A model generated the notes under the pieces. That model was not told the DNA's origin and did not search any database. It saw only the letters and a list, made by a program, of their open reading frames with translations. Positions 47,901-58,000 of a stretch of 64,000 bases of DNA are shown one piece after another. The DNA is from an uncultured virus (IMG/VR IMGVR_UViG_3300027631_000012) (Duplodnaviria > Heunggongvirae > Uroviricota > Caudoviricetes): the IMG/VR virus record IMGVR_UViG_3300027631_000012. One strand, written 5' to 3'. The translations under genes were made by a program, and so were the position numbers. How positions within the stretch are numbered: the stretch's first letter is position 1; every line of letters starts with the position of its first letter.

Positions 47901-50900
47901 GGATCATCCGGTACTTCTGGTACAAGCGGGTCTTCTGGATCATCAGGTACTTCAGGAACTTCGGGTATAAGTGGTATAGACGGAGTTGATGGTACCGATG
48001 GATCATCAGGTACTTCAGGATCATCCGGTACTTCAGGAACTAGTGGATCTTCTGGATCATCAGGTACAAGTGGAACTAGTGGTAGTTCAGGATCATCAGG
48101 TACTTCCGGAACAAGTGGATCATCAGGATCAAGTGGTACTTCAGGAACATCTGGTACAAGTGGATCATCAGGGTCAAGTGGTACTTCAGGAACATCTGGT
48201 AGTTCGGGATCAGCAGGTACATCCGGTACAAGTGGTAGTTCGGGATCCTCCGGTACATCCGGTACAAGTGGAAGTTCGGGTTCTAGTGGAACATCCGGTA
48301 CAAGTGGAAGTTCAGGATCATCCGGTACTTCAGGCACTTCAGGATTAAGTGGTGTTGATGGATCTGATGGTTCTTCAGGAACTTCAGGAACTTCAGGAAC
48401 TTCAGGAACAAGTGGATCTTCTGGATCAGCAGGTACTTCCGGAACAAGTGGATCATCAGGAACTTCAGGAACAAGTGGATCAAGTGGATCATCAGGTACA
48501 TCAGGTACATCTGGATCTAGTGGTACTTCCGGTACAAGTGGATCAAGTGGATCATCAGGTACTTCAGGATCATCCGGTACTTCAGGAACTAGTGGATCTT
48601 CTGGTACAAGTGGATCATCTGGATCATCAGGAACTAGTGGTACTTCCGGTACAAGTGGTAGTTCAGGATCAGCAGGTACTTCAGGAACAAGTGGATCAAG
48701 TGGATCATCCGGTACTTCTGGTACAAGTGGTATCTCGGGATCTAGTGGAACTTCAGGCACAAGTGGTACTTCCGGATTGAGTGGTGTTGATGGATCTGAT
48801 GGATCATCAGGTACATCCGGTACAAGTGGATCTTCTGGATCATCGGGTACATCCGGTACAAGTGGATCATCTGGTACTTCTGGTACAAGTGGATCAAGTG
48901 GAACTTCAGGCACAAGTGGATCATCAGGATCTTCCGGTACATCCGGATCTTCAGGTAGTTCAGGTACATCCGGTACAAGTGGATCAAGTGGAACTTCAGG
49001 CACAAGTGGTAGTTCAGGATCATCAGGTACATCAGGCACAAGTGGTAGTTCAGGATCATCAGGTACATCAGGCACAAGTGGTAGTTCAGGATCATCAGGT
49101 ACTTCAGGAACTTCGGGTATAAGTGGTATAGATGGTGTTGATGGTACTGATGGGTCTTCAGGTACTTCAGGCACAAGTGGTAGTTCAGGATCATCCGGTA
49201 CTTCAGGCACAAGTGGTACTTCCGGGTCTTCTGGATCAAGTGGTACTTCTGGATCAAGTGGTACTTCTGGATCAAGTGGTACTTCTGGTACAAGTGGTAC
49301 TTCTGGTACAAGTGGTAGTTCAGGATCATCAGGAACAAGTGGATCATCAGGATCGGCAGGCACAAGTGGTACTTCCGGATCTAGTGGAACATCAGGTACA
49401 AGTGGATCAAGTGGTAGTTCAGGTACATCAGGTACATCAGGATCAAGTGGTACTTCTGGTACAAGCGGATCAAGTGGTACAAGTGGATCATCAGGATCAG
49501 CAGGTACTTCTGGTACAAGTGGTACATCAGGATTAAGTGGTGTTGATGGATCTGATGGTTCTTCGGGTACAAGTGGATCAAGTGGAACTTCTGGTACAAG
49601 CGGTAGTTCAGGATCAAGTGGTACATCAGGATCTTCTGGATCAAGTGGAACTTCTGGTACAAGCGGATCTTCAGGATCATCAGGGACTTCGGGAACTTCC
49701 GGATCATCAGGATCAAGTGGTACATCAGGCACGAGCGGTTCTTCTGGATCTAGTGGTACATCAGGTACTTCCGGATCATCAGGTACTTCCGGTACAACTG
49801 GTGCAAATGGTATTTCAGCAGGACAAGTTTATTATTTTAATCAATCTGTTACTTCTTCAATACCTGGTATAAAAGAATTATCAACTACGCCGTTAGCAAC
49901 ACCTCAACAAGGTGTTACAGTTTCACTTGTTGGTAGTGCTGCAAATGTTTTAGTTGGTGAGTATATCACTCCTCAATTAGGATTTAGTGTTATTCCTGGT
50001 GGAACACAAAGGTTCCATTTACATATGTTAAAACCAGCATCAAATGACGATATTGTTGTTTATGCTCAAATTGACCTTTGTGATTCAACTGGTACATCTT
50101 ATGGTACATCTATAAATACTGGTGTTGAATTATTGGAGTGGGTATCTGCTGGTGTTGTTGCTGAGAATAATGTTGATTTAGTTTTACCAACAACAACTAT
50201 TAATACAACCGATAGAATGAGAGTTAGAATTTATCTAACTAATAATGATTCTACTTCACATACTGTTTATTTTTATACAGAAGGAACGCAAAATTATTCA
50301 TTTATTCTTACTTCAGTTGGTGCTATATCAGGTACTTCAGGTACAAGTGGAACTTCCGGATCATCAGGATCTAGTGGTACTTCTGGTACAAGTGGATCAT
50401 CTGGATCATCAGGAACTAGTGGCACATCAGGGTCATCAGGATCTAGTGGAACTTCCGGTACAAGTGGATCTTCTGGATCAGCAGGTACATCCGGTACAAG
50501 TGGATCAAGTGGTACATCAGGTACTTCCGGTACAAGTGGATCAAGTGGATCTTCCGGTACATCCGGCACAAGTGGAACTTCTGGTAGTTCAGGATCTAGT
50601 GGAACATCTGGTACAAGTGGATCTTCCGGATTGAGTGGTGTTGATGGATCTGATGGTTCTTCAGGAACTTCGGGTACATCAGGGTCATCAGGATCTAGTG
50701 GGACTTCAGGCACAAGTGGATCATCAGGATCATCCGGTACTTCAGGTACAAGTGGATCATCAGGATCATCCGGTACTTCAGGTACAAGTGGATCATCGGG
50801 ATCTAGTGGTACTTCAGGTACAAGTGGATCTAGTGGATCATCGGGTACAAGTGGTTCTTCCGGATCAAGTGGAACATCTGGTACAAGTGGAACTTCTGGA

Positions 50901-51953
50901 TCATCAGGCTCTAGTGGTACGTCAGGTACAAGTGGATCTAGTGGATCATCGGGAACATCTGGTACAAGTGGATCTAGTGGATCATCAGGAACATCTGGTA
51001 CAAGTGGATCTAGTGGATCATCGGGAACATCTGGCACAAGTGGTACATCAGGATTAAGTGGAGTTGATGGATCTGACGGATCTTCAGGTACATCCGGTAC
51101 AAGTGGTACATCAGGTTCGAGTGGATCTTCTGGTACAAGTGGTAGTTCAGGATCATCAGGAACTTCTGGTACAAGTGGTACATCAGGATCATCAGGAACA
51201 TCCGGTACAAGTGGTACATCAGGTTCGAGTGGATCTTCTGGTACAAGTGGATCATCAGGAACTTCAGGTACAAGTGGATCATCCGGTTCTTCAGGCACTT
51301 CCGGTACAAGTGGATCATCCGGTTCTTCAGGCACTTCCGGTACAAGTGGATCATCCGGTTCTTCAGGTACATCAGGTACATCAGGATCTTCAGGGTCTAG
51401 TGGTACTTCCGGATCTTCTGGTACAAGTGGTACTTCAGGAACTTCCGGATCGAGTGGTACTTCCGGTACTGGCTTTAATACAATTATTAATCCATCTGAT
51501 TATAGAGTTATAACAGCTACTGGATCTTCTCCAAATCAGGCTTACGCTAATAGTAATTTCACTTATGATGCTAATGGTATTATAACAGGATCTAATTATG
51601 GTGTCTTATCTTTAGAACAATCTATTTTTAGAATAAATAGTTATTCGCTTAGTGGTATTACTTCCGGTATTACTACGATTGGTACATTTAGTAATAGTAT
51701 TGGATTTGGATGTTACTTTGATTATTATATTGTTGAAACTGGAACTGGTGGTGCTAGAGTTGGTACTGTTATGTCTGTTTGGAATTTAAGTAATGGTGTT
51801 TCTTTTACAGATAGTTCTACTACTGATTTGAGTTCAACAACTTCAAATTTTGTTTGGAGAGTTACTAACACGTCAAATATAATTTCTCTATCATCAATTA
51901 TTACGGGATCATCTACATTTGATACAAAAGTTTCAGTTAGAATAATAAGTTAA
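44955..51953 (+). CDS. Giant Gly-X-Y (GSS/GTS) repeat fibre protein C, 2332 aa
   Basis: Three repeat tracts separated by globular inserts, one being CBM5/12-like WVGDWTSTTPYGLNDVVKY. Confidence 0.75.
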   Translation: MPNSQQNSKINAAFYHSLGKVLTEASNLVGNEKYKSAHNVRSNEVWMDSISYAPTTASASQYGDGVIVRQVGSASLIPDSIGVFSNPVYLYPLTNTNYQTWFIDTGTPTPAADGFVPSSNWVKSLINPSDVTDSSGAPSFGYQLLMYQKDGTTAISYGSAYYDVDYFSGLIRFDIGYTPADSGNGLGFTFNKVNFEATSNASKQSYIQSTSTGGPRVVAWQYVGQRLNNYTFSGGGTVSFDNTSTIGFTQSGVTYSAYVIPGSLTASSLNTGSNGGATAGYVLSNTGDGVFSWIPTASGSSGTSGTSGSSGTSGTSGSSGSSGTSGTSGSSGSSGTSGTSGSSGSSGTSGTSGSSGSSGTSGSSGTSGTSGSSGSSGTSGSSGTSGTSGSSGTSGTSGSSGSSGTSGTSGSSGSSGTSGTSGSSGSSGTSGSSGSSGTSGTSGSSGSSGTSGTSGSSGSSGTSGTSGSSGSSGTSGTSGSSGSSGTSGTSGSSGSSGTSGTSGSSGTSGTSGSSGTSGTSGTSGSSGSSGTSGTSGSSGSSGTSGTSGSSGSSGTSGTSGSSGSSGTSGTSGSSGSSGTSGTSGSSGTSGTSGISGIDGVDGTDGSSGTSGTSGTSGSSGSSGTSGSSGSSGTSGSSGSSGTSGSSGSSGTSGTSGSSGSSGTSGTSGSSGSSGTSGSSGTSGASGLGLNWVGDWTSTTPYGLNDVVKYGSPYKVYIAITYSIAPSSSTPDINSDWDLMVISGSDGSSGTSGTSGSSGTSGTSGSSGSSGTSGTSGSSGSSGTSGTSGSSGSAGTSGTSGSSGSAGTSGTSGSSGSSGTSGTSGSSGSSGTSGTSGSSGSSGTSGSSGTSGTSGSSGSAGTSGTSGSSGSSGTSGTSGSSGSSGTSGTSGTSGSSGSSGTSGSSGTSGTSGTSGLSGVDGSDGSSGTSGTSGSSGSAGTSGTSGSSGTSGTSGSSGTSGTSGSSGTSGTSGSSGTSGTSGSSGSSGTSGTSGSSGSSGTSGTSGISGIDGVDGTDGSSGTSGSSGTSGTSGSSGSSGTSGTSGSSGSSGTSGTSGSSGSSGTSGTSGTSGSSGSSGTSGTSGSSGSAGTSGTSGSSGSSGTSGTSGSSGSSGTSGTSGSSGSSGTSGTSGLSGVDGSDGSSGTSGTSGTSGTSGSSGSAGTSGTSGSSGTSGTSGSSGSSGTSGTSGSSGTSGTSGSSGSSGTSGSSGTSGTSGSSGTSGSSGSSGTSGTSGTSGSSGSAGTSGTSGSSGSSGTSGTSGISGSSGTSGTSGTSGLSGVDGSDGSSGTSGTSGSSGSSGTSGTSGSSGTSGTSGSSGTSGTSGSSGSSGTSGSSGSSGTSGTSGSSGTSGTSGSSGSSGTSGTSGSSGSSGTSGTSGSSGSSGTSGTSGISGIDGVDGTDGSSGTSGTSGSSGSSGTSGTSGTSGSSGSSGTSGSSGTSGSSGTSGTSGTSGTSGSSGSSGTSGSSGSAGTSGTSGSSGTSGTSGSSGSSGTSGTSGSSGTSGTSGSSGTSGSSGSAGTSGTSGTSGLSGVDGSDGSSGTSGSSGTSGTSGSSGSSGTSGSSGSSGTSGTSGSSGSSGTSGTSGSSGSSGTSGTSGSSGSSGTSGTSGSSGTSGTTGANGISAGQVYYFNQSVTSSIPGIKELSTTPLATPQQGVTVSLVGSAANVLVGEYITPQLGFSVIPGGTQRFHLHMLKPASNDDIVVYAQIDLCDSTGTSYGTSINTGVELLEWVSAGVVAENNVDLVLPTTTINTTDRMRVRIYLTNNDSTSHTVYFYTEGTQNYSFILTSVGAISGTSGTSGTSGSSGSSGTSGTSGSSGSSGTSGTSGSSGSSGTSGTSGSSGSAGTSGTSGSSGTSGTSGTSGSSGSSGTSGTSGTSGSSGSSGTSGTSGSSGLSGVDGSDGSSGTSGTSGSSGSSGTSGTSGSSGSSGTSGTSGSSGSSGTSGTSGSSGSSGTSGTSGSSGSSGTSGSSGSSGTSGTSGTSGSSGSSGTSGTSGSSGSSGTSGTSGSSGSSGTSGTSGSSGSSGTSGTSGTSGLSGVDGSDGSSGTSGTSGTSGSSGSSGTSGSSGSSGTSGTSGTSGSSGTSGTSGTSGSSGSSGTSGSSGTSGTSGSSGSSGTSGTSGSSGSSGTSGTSGSSGSSGTSGTSGSSGSSGTSGSSGTSGTSGTSGSSGTSGTGFNTIINPSDYRVITATGSSPNQAYANSNFTYDANGIITGSNYGVLSLEQSIFRINSYSLSGITSGITTIGTFSNSIGFGCYFDYYIVETGTGGARVGTVMSVWNLSNGVSFTDSSTTDLSSTTSNFVWRVTNTSNIISLSSIITGSSTFDTKVSVRIIS
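45847..51470 (+). repeat. Degenerate 9-nt-unit coding repeat (GSS/GTS), three tracts
   Basis: Tracts at about 45847-47006, 47179-49800 and 50328-51470. Confidence 0.95.
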
Positions 51954-52093
51954 TTTTTATTATCAATTTTTCTTTAATTTTTAGATATATTCTAAAATAT
52001 AGCATTTATATTTTTATATATACGATAAGTAGATGTAATACTCTGCTTAAACAACTTTTCTTTTGGAGAGTGAAAAAAGAAAAATATAAATAA

Positions 52094-55000
52094 ATGGCTA
52101 ATGAATTCGTCACCAGACGTGGTATAATATCACTGGGCGGTATAACCTTCCCATATGCAGCAGTAACAGGAACCTATACAATAGGTCAAGATGATTATTT
52201 TATAGATTGTACATCAGGTACTTTTAATGTTACGCTTCCAACAGCTGTTGGTATAGCGGGTAAAATACATGTTGTTAAAAATAGTGGAAATGGTGTTATA
52301 ACTGTTAATACTACATCATCACAAACAATAGACGGGTCGTTAACAAAAACACTCTCACAATACGCAAGTTTATATTTAGAAAGTAATGGTACTGATTGGG
52401 TAATTGGTGGTATTTCTGGATCATCAGGTACGTCAGGGTCAAGTGGTACAAGTGGATCTTCAGGTAGTTCAGGAACTAGTGGATCTTCAGGGTCAAGTGG
52501 TACAAGCGGTAGCTCAGGATCTTCAGGAACTAGTGGATCAAGTGGTAGCTCAGGTACATCAGGATCTTCAGGATCAAGTGGATCATCAGGTACGTCAGGA
52601 TCAAGTGGTACAAGCGGTAGCTCAGGATCTTCAGGTACAAGTGGGTCAAGTGGTACAAGCGGTAGCTCAGGATCTTCAGGTACAAGTGGATCATCGGGAT
52701 CTAGTGGAACTTCCGGATCTTCAGGTACAAGTGGATCAAGTGGATCAAGTGGTAGCTCAGGTACATCAGGATCTTCAGGATCAAGTGGAACTTCAGGTAC
52801 ATCAGGTTATTCAGGAGTTGATGGTTCATCAGGCACGAGTGGTAGTTCAGGATCAAGTGGAACTTCAGGATCTTCAGGTACAAGCGGATTATCAGGTAGT
52901 TCAGGTACATCAGGATCTAGTGGAACTTCAGGATCTTCAGGTAGTTCGGGTACATCAGGATCTAGTGGATCAAGTGGTACAAGTGGATCATCGGGATCTA
53001 GTGGAACTTCCGGATCTTCAGGTACAAGTGGATCAAGTGGTAGTTCAGGAACTAGTGGATCTTCGGGATCTAGTGGTACGAGTGGATCTTCAGGTACATC
53101 TGGATCATCAGGATCTTCAGGTACATCTGGATCTTCAGGATCAAGTGGATCGTCAGGTACAAGTGGATCAAGTGGATCATCCGGTACATCAGGATCAAGT
53201 GGATCATCCGGTACATCAGGATCTTCGGGCACAAGCGGATCATCAGGATCAAGTGGTACATCAGGATCAAGTGGTACAAGTGGATCTTCCGGATCAAGTG
53301 GTACGTCCGGATCTAGTGGTAGCTCAGGTACATCAGGATCTAGTGGATCAAGCGGTACTTCCGGATCATCAGGATCAAGCGGAACTAGTGGATCATCAGG
53401 TACTAGTGGTAGTTCAGGGTCTTCCGGAACTAGTGGGTCATCAGGATCAAGTGGATCTAGTGGAACAAGTGGATCTTCCGGATCAAGTGGTACGTCCGGA
53501 TCTAGTGGTACATCAGGTTCATCAGGCAGCTCGGGTACATCAGGTTCATCAGGCAGCTCGGGTACATCAGGATCAAGTGGATCATCAGGTACTAGTGGTA
53601 GCTCAGGTTCTAGTGGTACATCAGGATCTTCAGGTAGCTCAGGCACATCAGGATCTAGCGGATCTAGTGGAACTTCCGGATCATCGGGTAGCTCAGGCAC
53701 ATCAGGATCTAGCGGATCTAGTGGAACTTCCGGGTCATCAGGTAGTTCAGGAACTAGTGGATCTTCGGGATCTAGTGGATCAAGTGGAACTAGTGGTAGC
53801 TCAGGTACTTCTGGATCAAGTGGTACAAGTGGTAGTTCAGGATCTTCCGGTACAAGTGGTAGTTCAGGATCTTCGGGTACAAGTGGTTCGTCAGGATCTA
53901 GTGGAACTTCCGGATCATCAGGTAGCTCAGGTACTTCCGGTTCTTCAGGTACAAGTGGATCATCAGGAACTTCCGGATCAAGTGGTACTTCAGGATCAAG
54001 TGGTACTTCTGGATCTAGTGGTACTTCTGGATCTAGTGGTAGTTCAGGAACTTCCGGATCATCAGGATCAAGCGGTACTTCTGGATCTAGTGGCACAAGT
54101 GGATCATCAGGATCTAGTGGCACAAGTGGATCATCAGGATCTAGTGGCACAAGTGGGTCTTCTGGATCATCAGGTACATCAGGATCTAGTGGAACTAGTG
54201 GATCTTCAGGTAGTTCAGGAACTTCAGGATCAAGTGGAACATCAGGATCTAGTGGATCAAGTGGAACTTCAGGATCTTCTGGGTCATCAGGTACAAGCGG
54301 ATCTAGTGGTACAAGTGGATCATCAGGATCTTCCGGTACATCCGGATCTTCCGGTAGTTCAGGAACAAGTGGTAGCTCAGGATCATCAGGATCTAGTGGT
54401 ACATCCGGATCTTCAGGATCAAGTGGAACTAGTGGATCATCAGGATCAAGCGGCACATCAGGATCTTCAGGATCTTCAGGTAGCTCAGGAACTAGTGGAT
54501 CATCAGGATCTTCCGGTACATCCGGATCTTCAGGTAGTTCAGGTACGAGTGGTAGTTCGGGTACTTCCGGATCTAGTGGAACTAGTGGATCATCAGGATC
54601 AAGTGGTACTTCAGGATCATCAGGATCTAGTGGTACTTCAGGATCATCAGGATCTAGTGGTACGTCCGGATCAAGTGGTACTTCAGGATCATCAGGATCT
54701 AGTGGTACAAGTGGATCATCAGGTTCTAGTGGAACTTCAGGATCAAGTGGTAGTTCAGGAACATCAGGATCAAGTGGTAGTTCAGGAACATCAGGATCAA
54801 GTGGTACTTCGGGGTCTAGTGGATCATCAGGAACTTCAGGATCATCAGGATCAAGTGGTACTTCTGGATCTAGTGGATCATCAGGATCTTCAGGTACAAG
54901 TGGATCATCAGGATCAAGTGGTACTTCTGGATCTAGTGGATCATCAGGAACTAGCGGATCATCAGGATCAAGTGGTAGCTCAGGTACAAGTGGATCATCA

Positions 55001-58000
55001 GGATCTTCAGGTACAAGTGGATCATCAGGCTCTTCAGGGTCTAGTGGTACATCAGGCTCTTCAGGGTCTAGTGGTACAAGTGGTAGCTCAGGTTCAAGTG
55101 GAACTAGTGGATCATCAGGCTCTAGTGGTACATCAGGTAAAGAAGGATCATCAGGATCTTCTGGTACAAGTGGATCATCAGGATCTTCTGGTACAAGTGG
55201 ATCATCAGGATCAAGTGGTACATCGGGGTCTTCAGGGTCAAGTGGAACAAGTGGTTCATCGGGTTCAAGTGGAACTAGTGGATCATCAGGTAGTTCAGGT
55301 ACAAGTGGTAGCTCAGGATCTTCAGGCACAAGTGGATCATCAGGTAGCTCAGGAACAAGTGGATCATCAGGATCTTCAGGTACGAGTGGTAGTTCGGGTA
55401 CTTCCGGATCTAGTGGAACTAGTGGGTCATCTGGTAGCTCAGGTACAAGTGGATCTTCTGGATCAAGTGGAACTTCCGGATCATCAGGATCTAGTGGTAC
55501 AAGTGGGTCTTCAGGAACTAGTGGATCATCAGGCACAAGTGGTTCGTCAGGATCAAGTGGTACTTCCGGATCATCAGGTACAAGTGGATCATCAGGTAGT
55601 TCAGGAACTTCAGGATCTAGTGGAACTAGTGGATCATCGGGTAGTTCAGGAACTTCAGGGTCATCGGGTACAAGTGGATCATCAGGAACTAGCGGATCAT
55701 CAGGAACTAGCGGATCATCAGGAACTAGCGGATCATCTGGCACAAGTGGTAGTTCAGGAACATCAGGATCAAGTGGTTCGTCAGGTTCAAGTGGTACTTC
55801 AGGATCATCAGGATCTAGTGGTACATCAGGTAAAGAAGGATCATCAGGATCTAGTGGAACAAGTGGATCATCAGGATCAAGTGGTACATCGGGGTCTTCA
55901 GGATCTTCCGGTACTAGTGGATCATCTGGCACATCAGGATCTTCAGGATCATCAGGTACATCAGGATCTAGTGGATCAAGTGGAACTTCAGGATCTTCTG
56001 GATCATCAGGTACAAGTGGTTCTTCTGGATCTAGTGGAACTTCGGGATCATCAGGTACATCAGGATCTAGTGGATCAAGTGGAACTTCAGGATCTTCTGG
56101 ATCATCAGGTACAAGTGGTTCTTCTGGATCTAGTGGAACTTCGGGATCATCAGGTACATCAGGATCTAGTGGATCAAGTGGAACTTCAGGATCTTCTGGA
56201 TCATCAGGTACAAGTGGTTCTTCTGGATCTAGTGGAACTTCGGGATCATCAGGTAGTTCAGGTACGAGTGGTAGCTCAGGATCATCAGGCACAAGTGGAT
56301 CATCAGGTAGCTCAGGAACAAGTGGTAGCTCAGGGTCTTCAGGTACAAGTGGATCATCAGGTAGCTCAGGCACAAGTGGTAGCTCAGGGTCTTCAGGCAC
56401 AAGTGGATCATCAGGTAGTTCAGGAACTTCAGGATCTAGTGGAACTAGTGGATCATCAGGATCTTCAGGTACGAGTGGTAGTTCGGGTACTTCCGGATCT
56501 AGTGGAACAAGTGGTTCATCGGGTAGCTCAGGTACAAGTGGATCATCAGGTTCTAGTGGTACAAGTGGATCTTCAGGGTCTAGTGGAACTTCAGGATCAT
56601 CAGGTTCTAGTGGAACTTCAGGATCAAGTGGTAGTTCAGGGACATCAGGTAAAGAAGGATCATCTGGATCAAGTGGAACTTCAGGATCATCAGGATCAAG
56701 TGGTACTTCTGGATCAAGTGGATCTTCAGGAACTAGTGGATCATCAGGATCTAGCGGTACTTCTGGATCTAGCGGTACTTCTGGATCTAGTGGATCTTCA
56801 GGTACAAGTGGTAGTTCAGGTACAAGTGGTAGTTCAGGTACAAGTGGTAGCTCAGGATCTAGTGGTACAAGTGGATCATCAGGATCTTCCGGAACTTCCG
56901 GATCTTCGGGTTCAAGTGGAACTTCCGGATCCTCTGGAACAAGTGGATCATCTGGATCTAGTGGAACATCAGGGTCAAGTGGTACTTCCGGATCATCTGG
57001 ATCAAGTGGTACTTCTGGTAAGTCAGGATCATCCGGATCAAGTGGTACAAGTGGAACAAGTGGCTTAAGTGGTATTGATGGTACAAATGGAACAGGTGGT
57101 ACGAGTGGATCTTCAGGAACTAGTGGATCATCAGGTAGTTCAGGTACAAGTGGATCTTCTGGATCTAGTGGTACAAGTGGATCATCAGGATCTAGTGGAA
57201 CATCAGGATCTTCTGGGTCAAGTGGAACATCAGGATCTTCTGGGTCAAGTGGAACAAGTGGGTCTTCCGGTACATCAGGTAAGGCGGGATCAAGTGGTAC
57301 TTCAGGATCATCAGGAACTAGCGGATCATCTGGATCTAGCGGTACAAGTGGATCATCGGGTACATCAGGATCTTCGGGTAGTTCAGGAACTAGCGGATCA
57401 TCAGGTACAAGTGGATCATCCGGATCTAGTGGAACTTCAGGCTCATCAGGAACTAGCGGATCATCAGGTAGTTCAGGCACAAGTGGATCTAGTGGTACTT
57501 CTGGATCTTCAGGTTCTAGTGGAACATCAGGATCATCAGGATCAAGTGGTACTTCTGGATCTTCAGGTTCAAGCGGAACAAGTGGTTCATCAGGTTCATC
57601 CGGAACTAGTGGATCTAGTGGTACATCAGGATCATCTGGTAGCTCAGGTACAAGTGGATCTTCAGGTAGTTCAGGTACAAGTGGTAGCTCAGGCTCATCA
57701 GGAACTTCAGGGTCTTCAGGTAGCTCAGGTACAAGTGGATCATCAGGATCATCAGGTACAAGTGGATCATCAGGATCATCAGGATCTAGTGGAACATCTG
57801 GATCTTCAGGATCATCCGGAACTAGTGGATCATCAGGTAGTTCAGGTACAAGTGGATCTTCAGGGACTAGTGGTTCGTCTGGAACTAGTGGATCTAGCGG
57901 ATCTTCAGGTACAAGTGGTTCGTCAGGATCTAGTGGTACTTCTGGATCATCAGGATCTAGTGGAACATCTGGATCATCAGGTACAAGTGGTTCATCAGGG

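Noticed and set aside
52085..52092. Exact T4 late promoter TATAAATA before fibre D
   Set aside because: Single occurrence noticed, 1 nt from the ATG in an A/T tract; the recurrent motif here is TAATATATA
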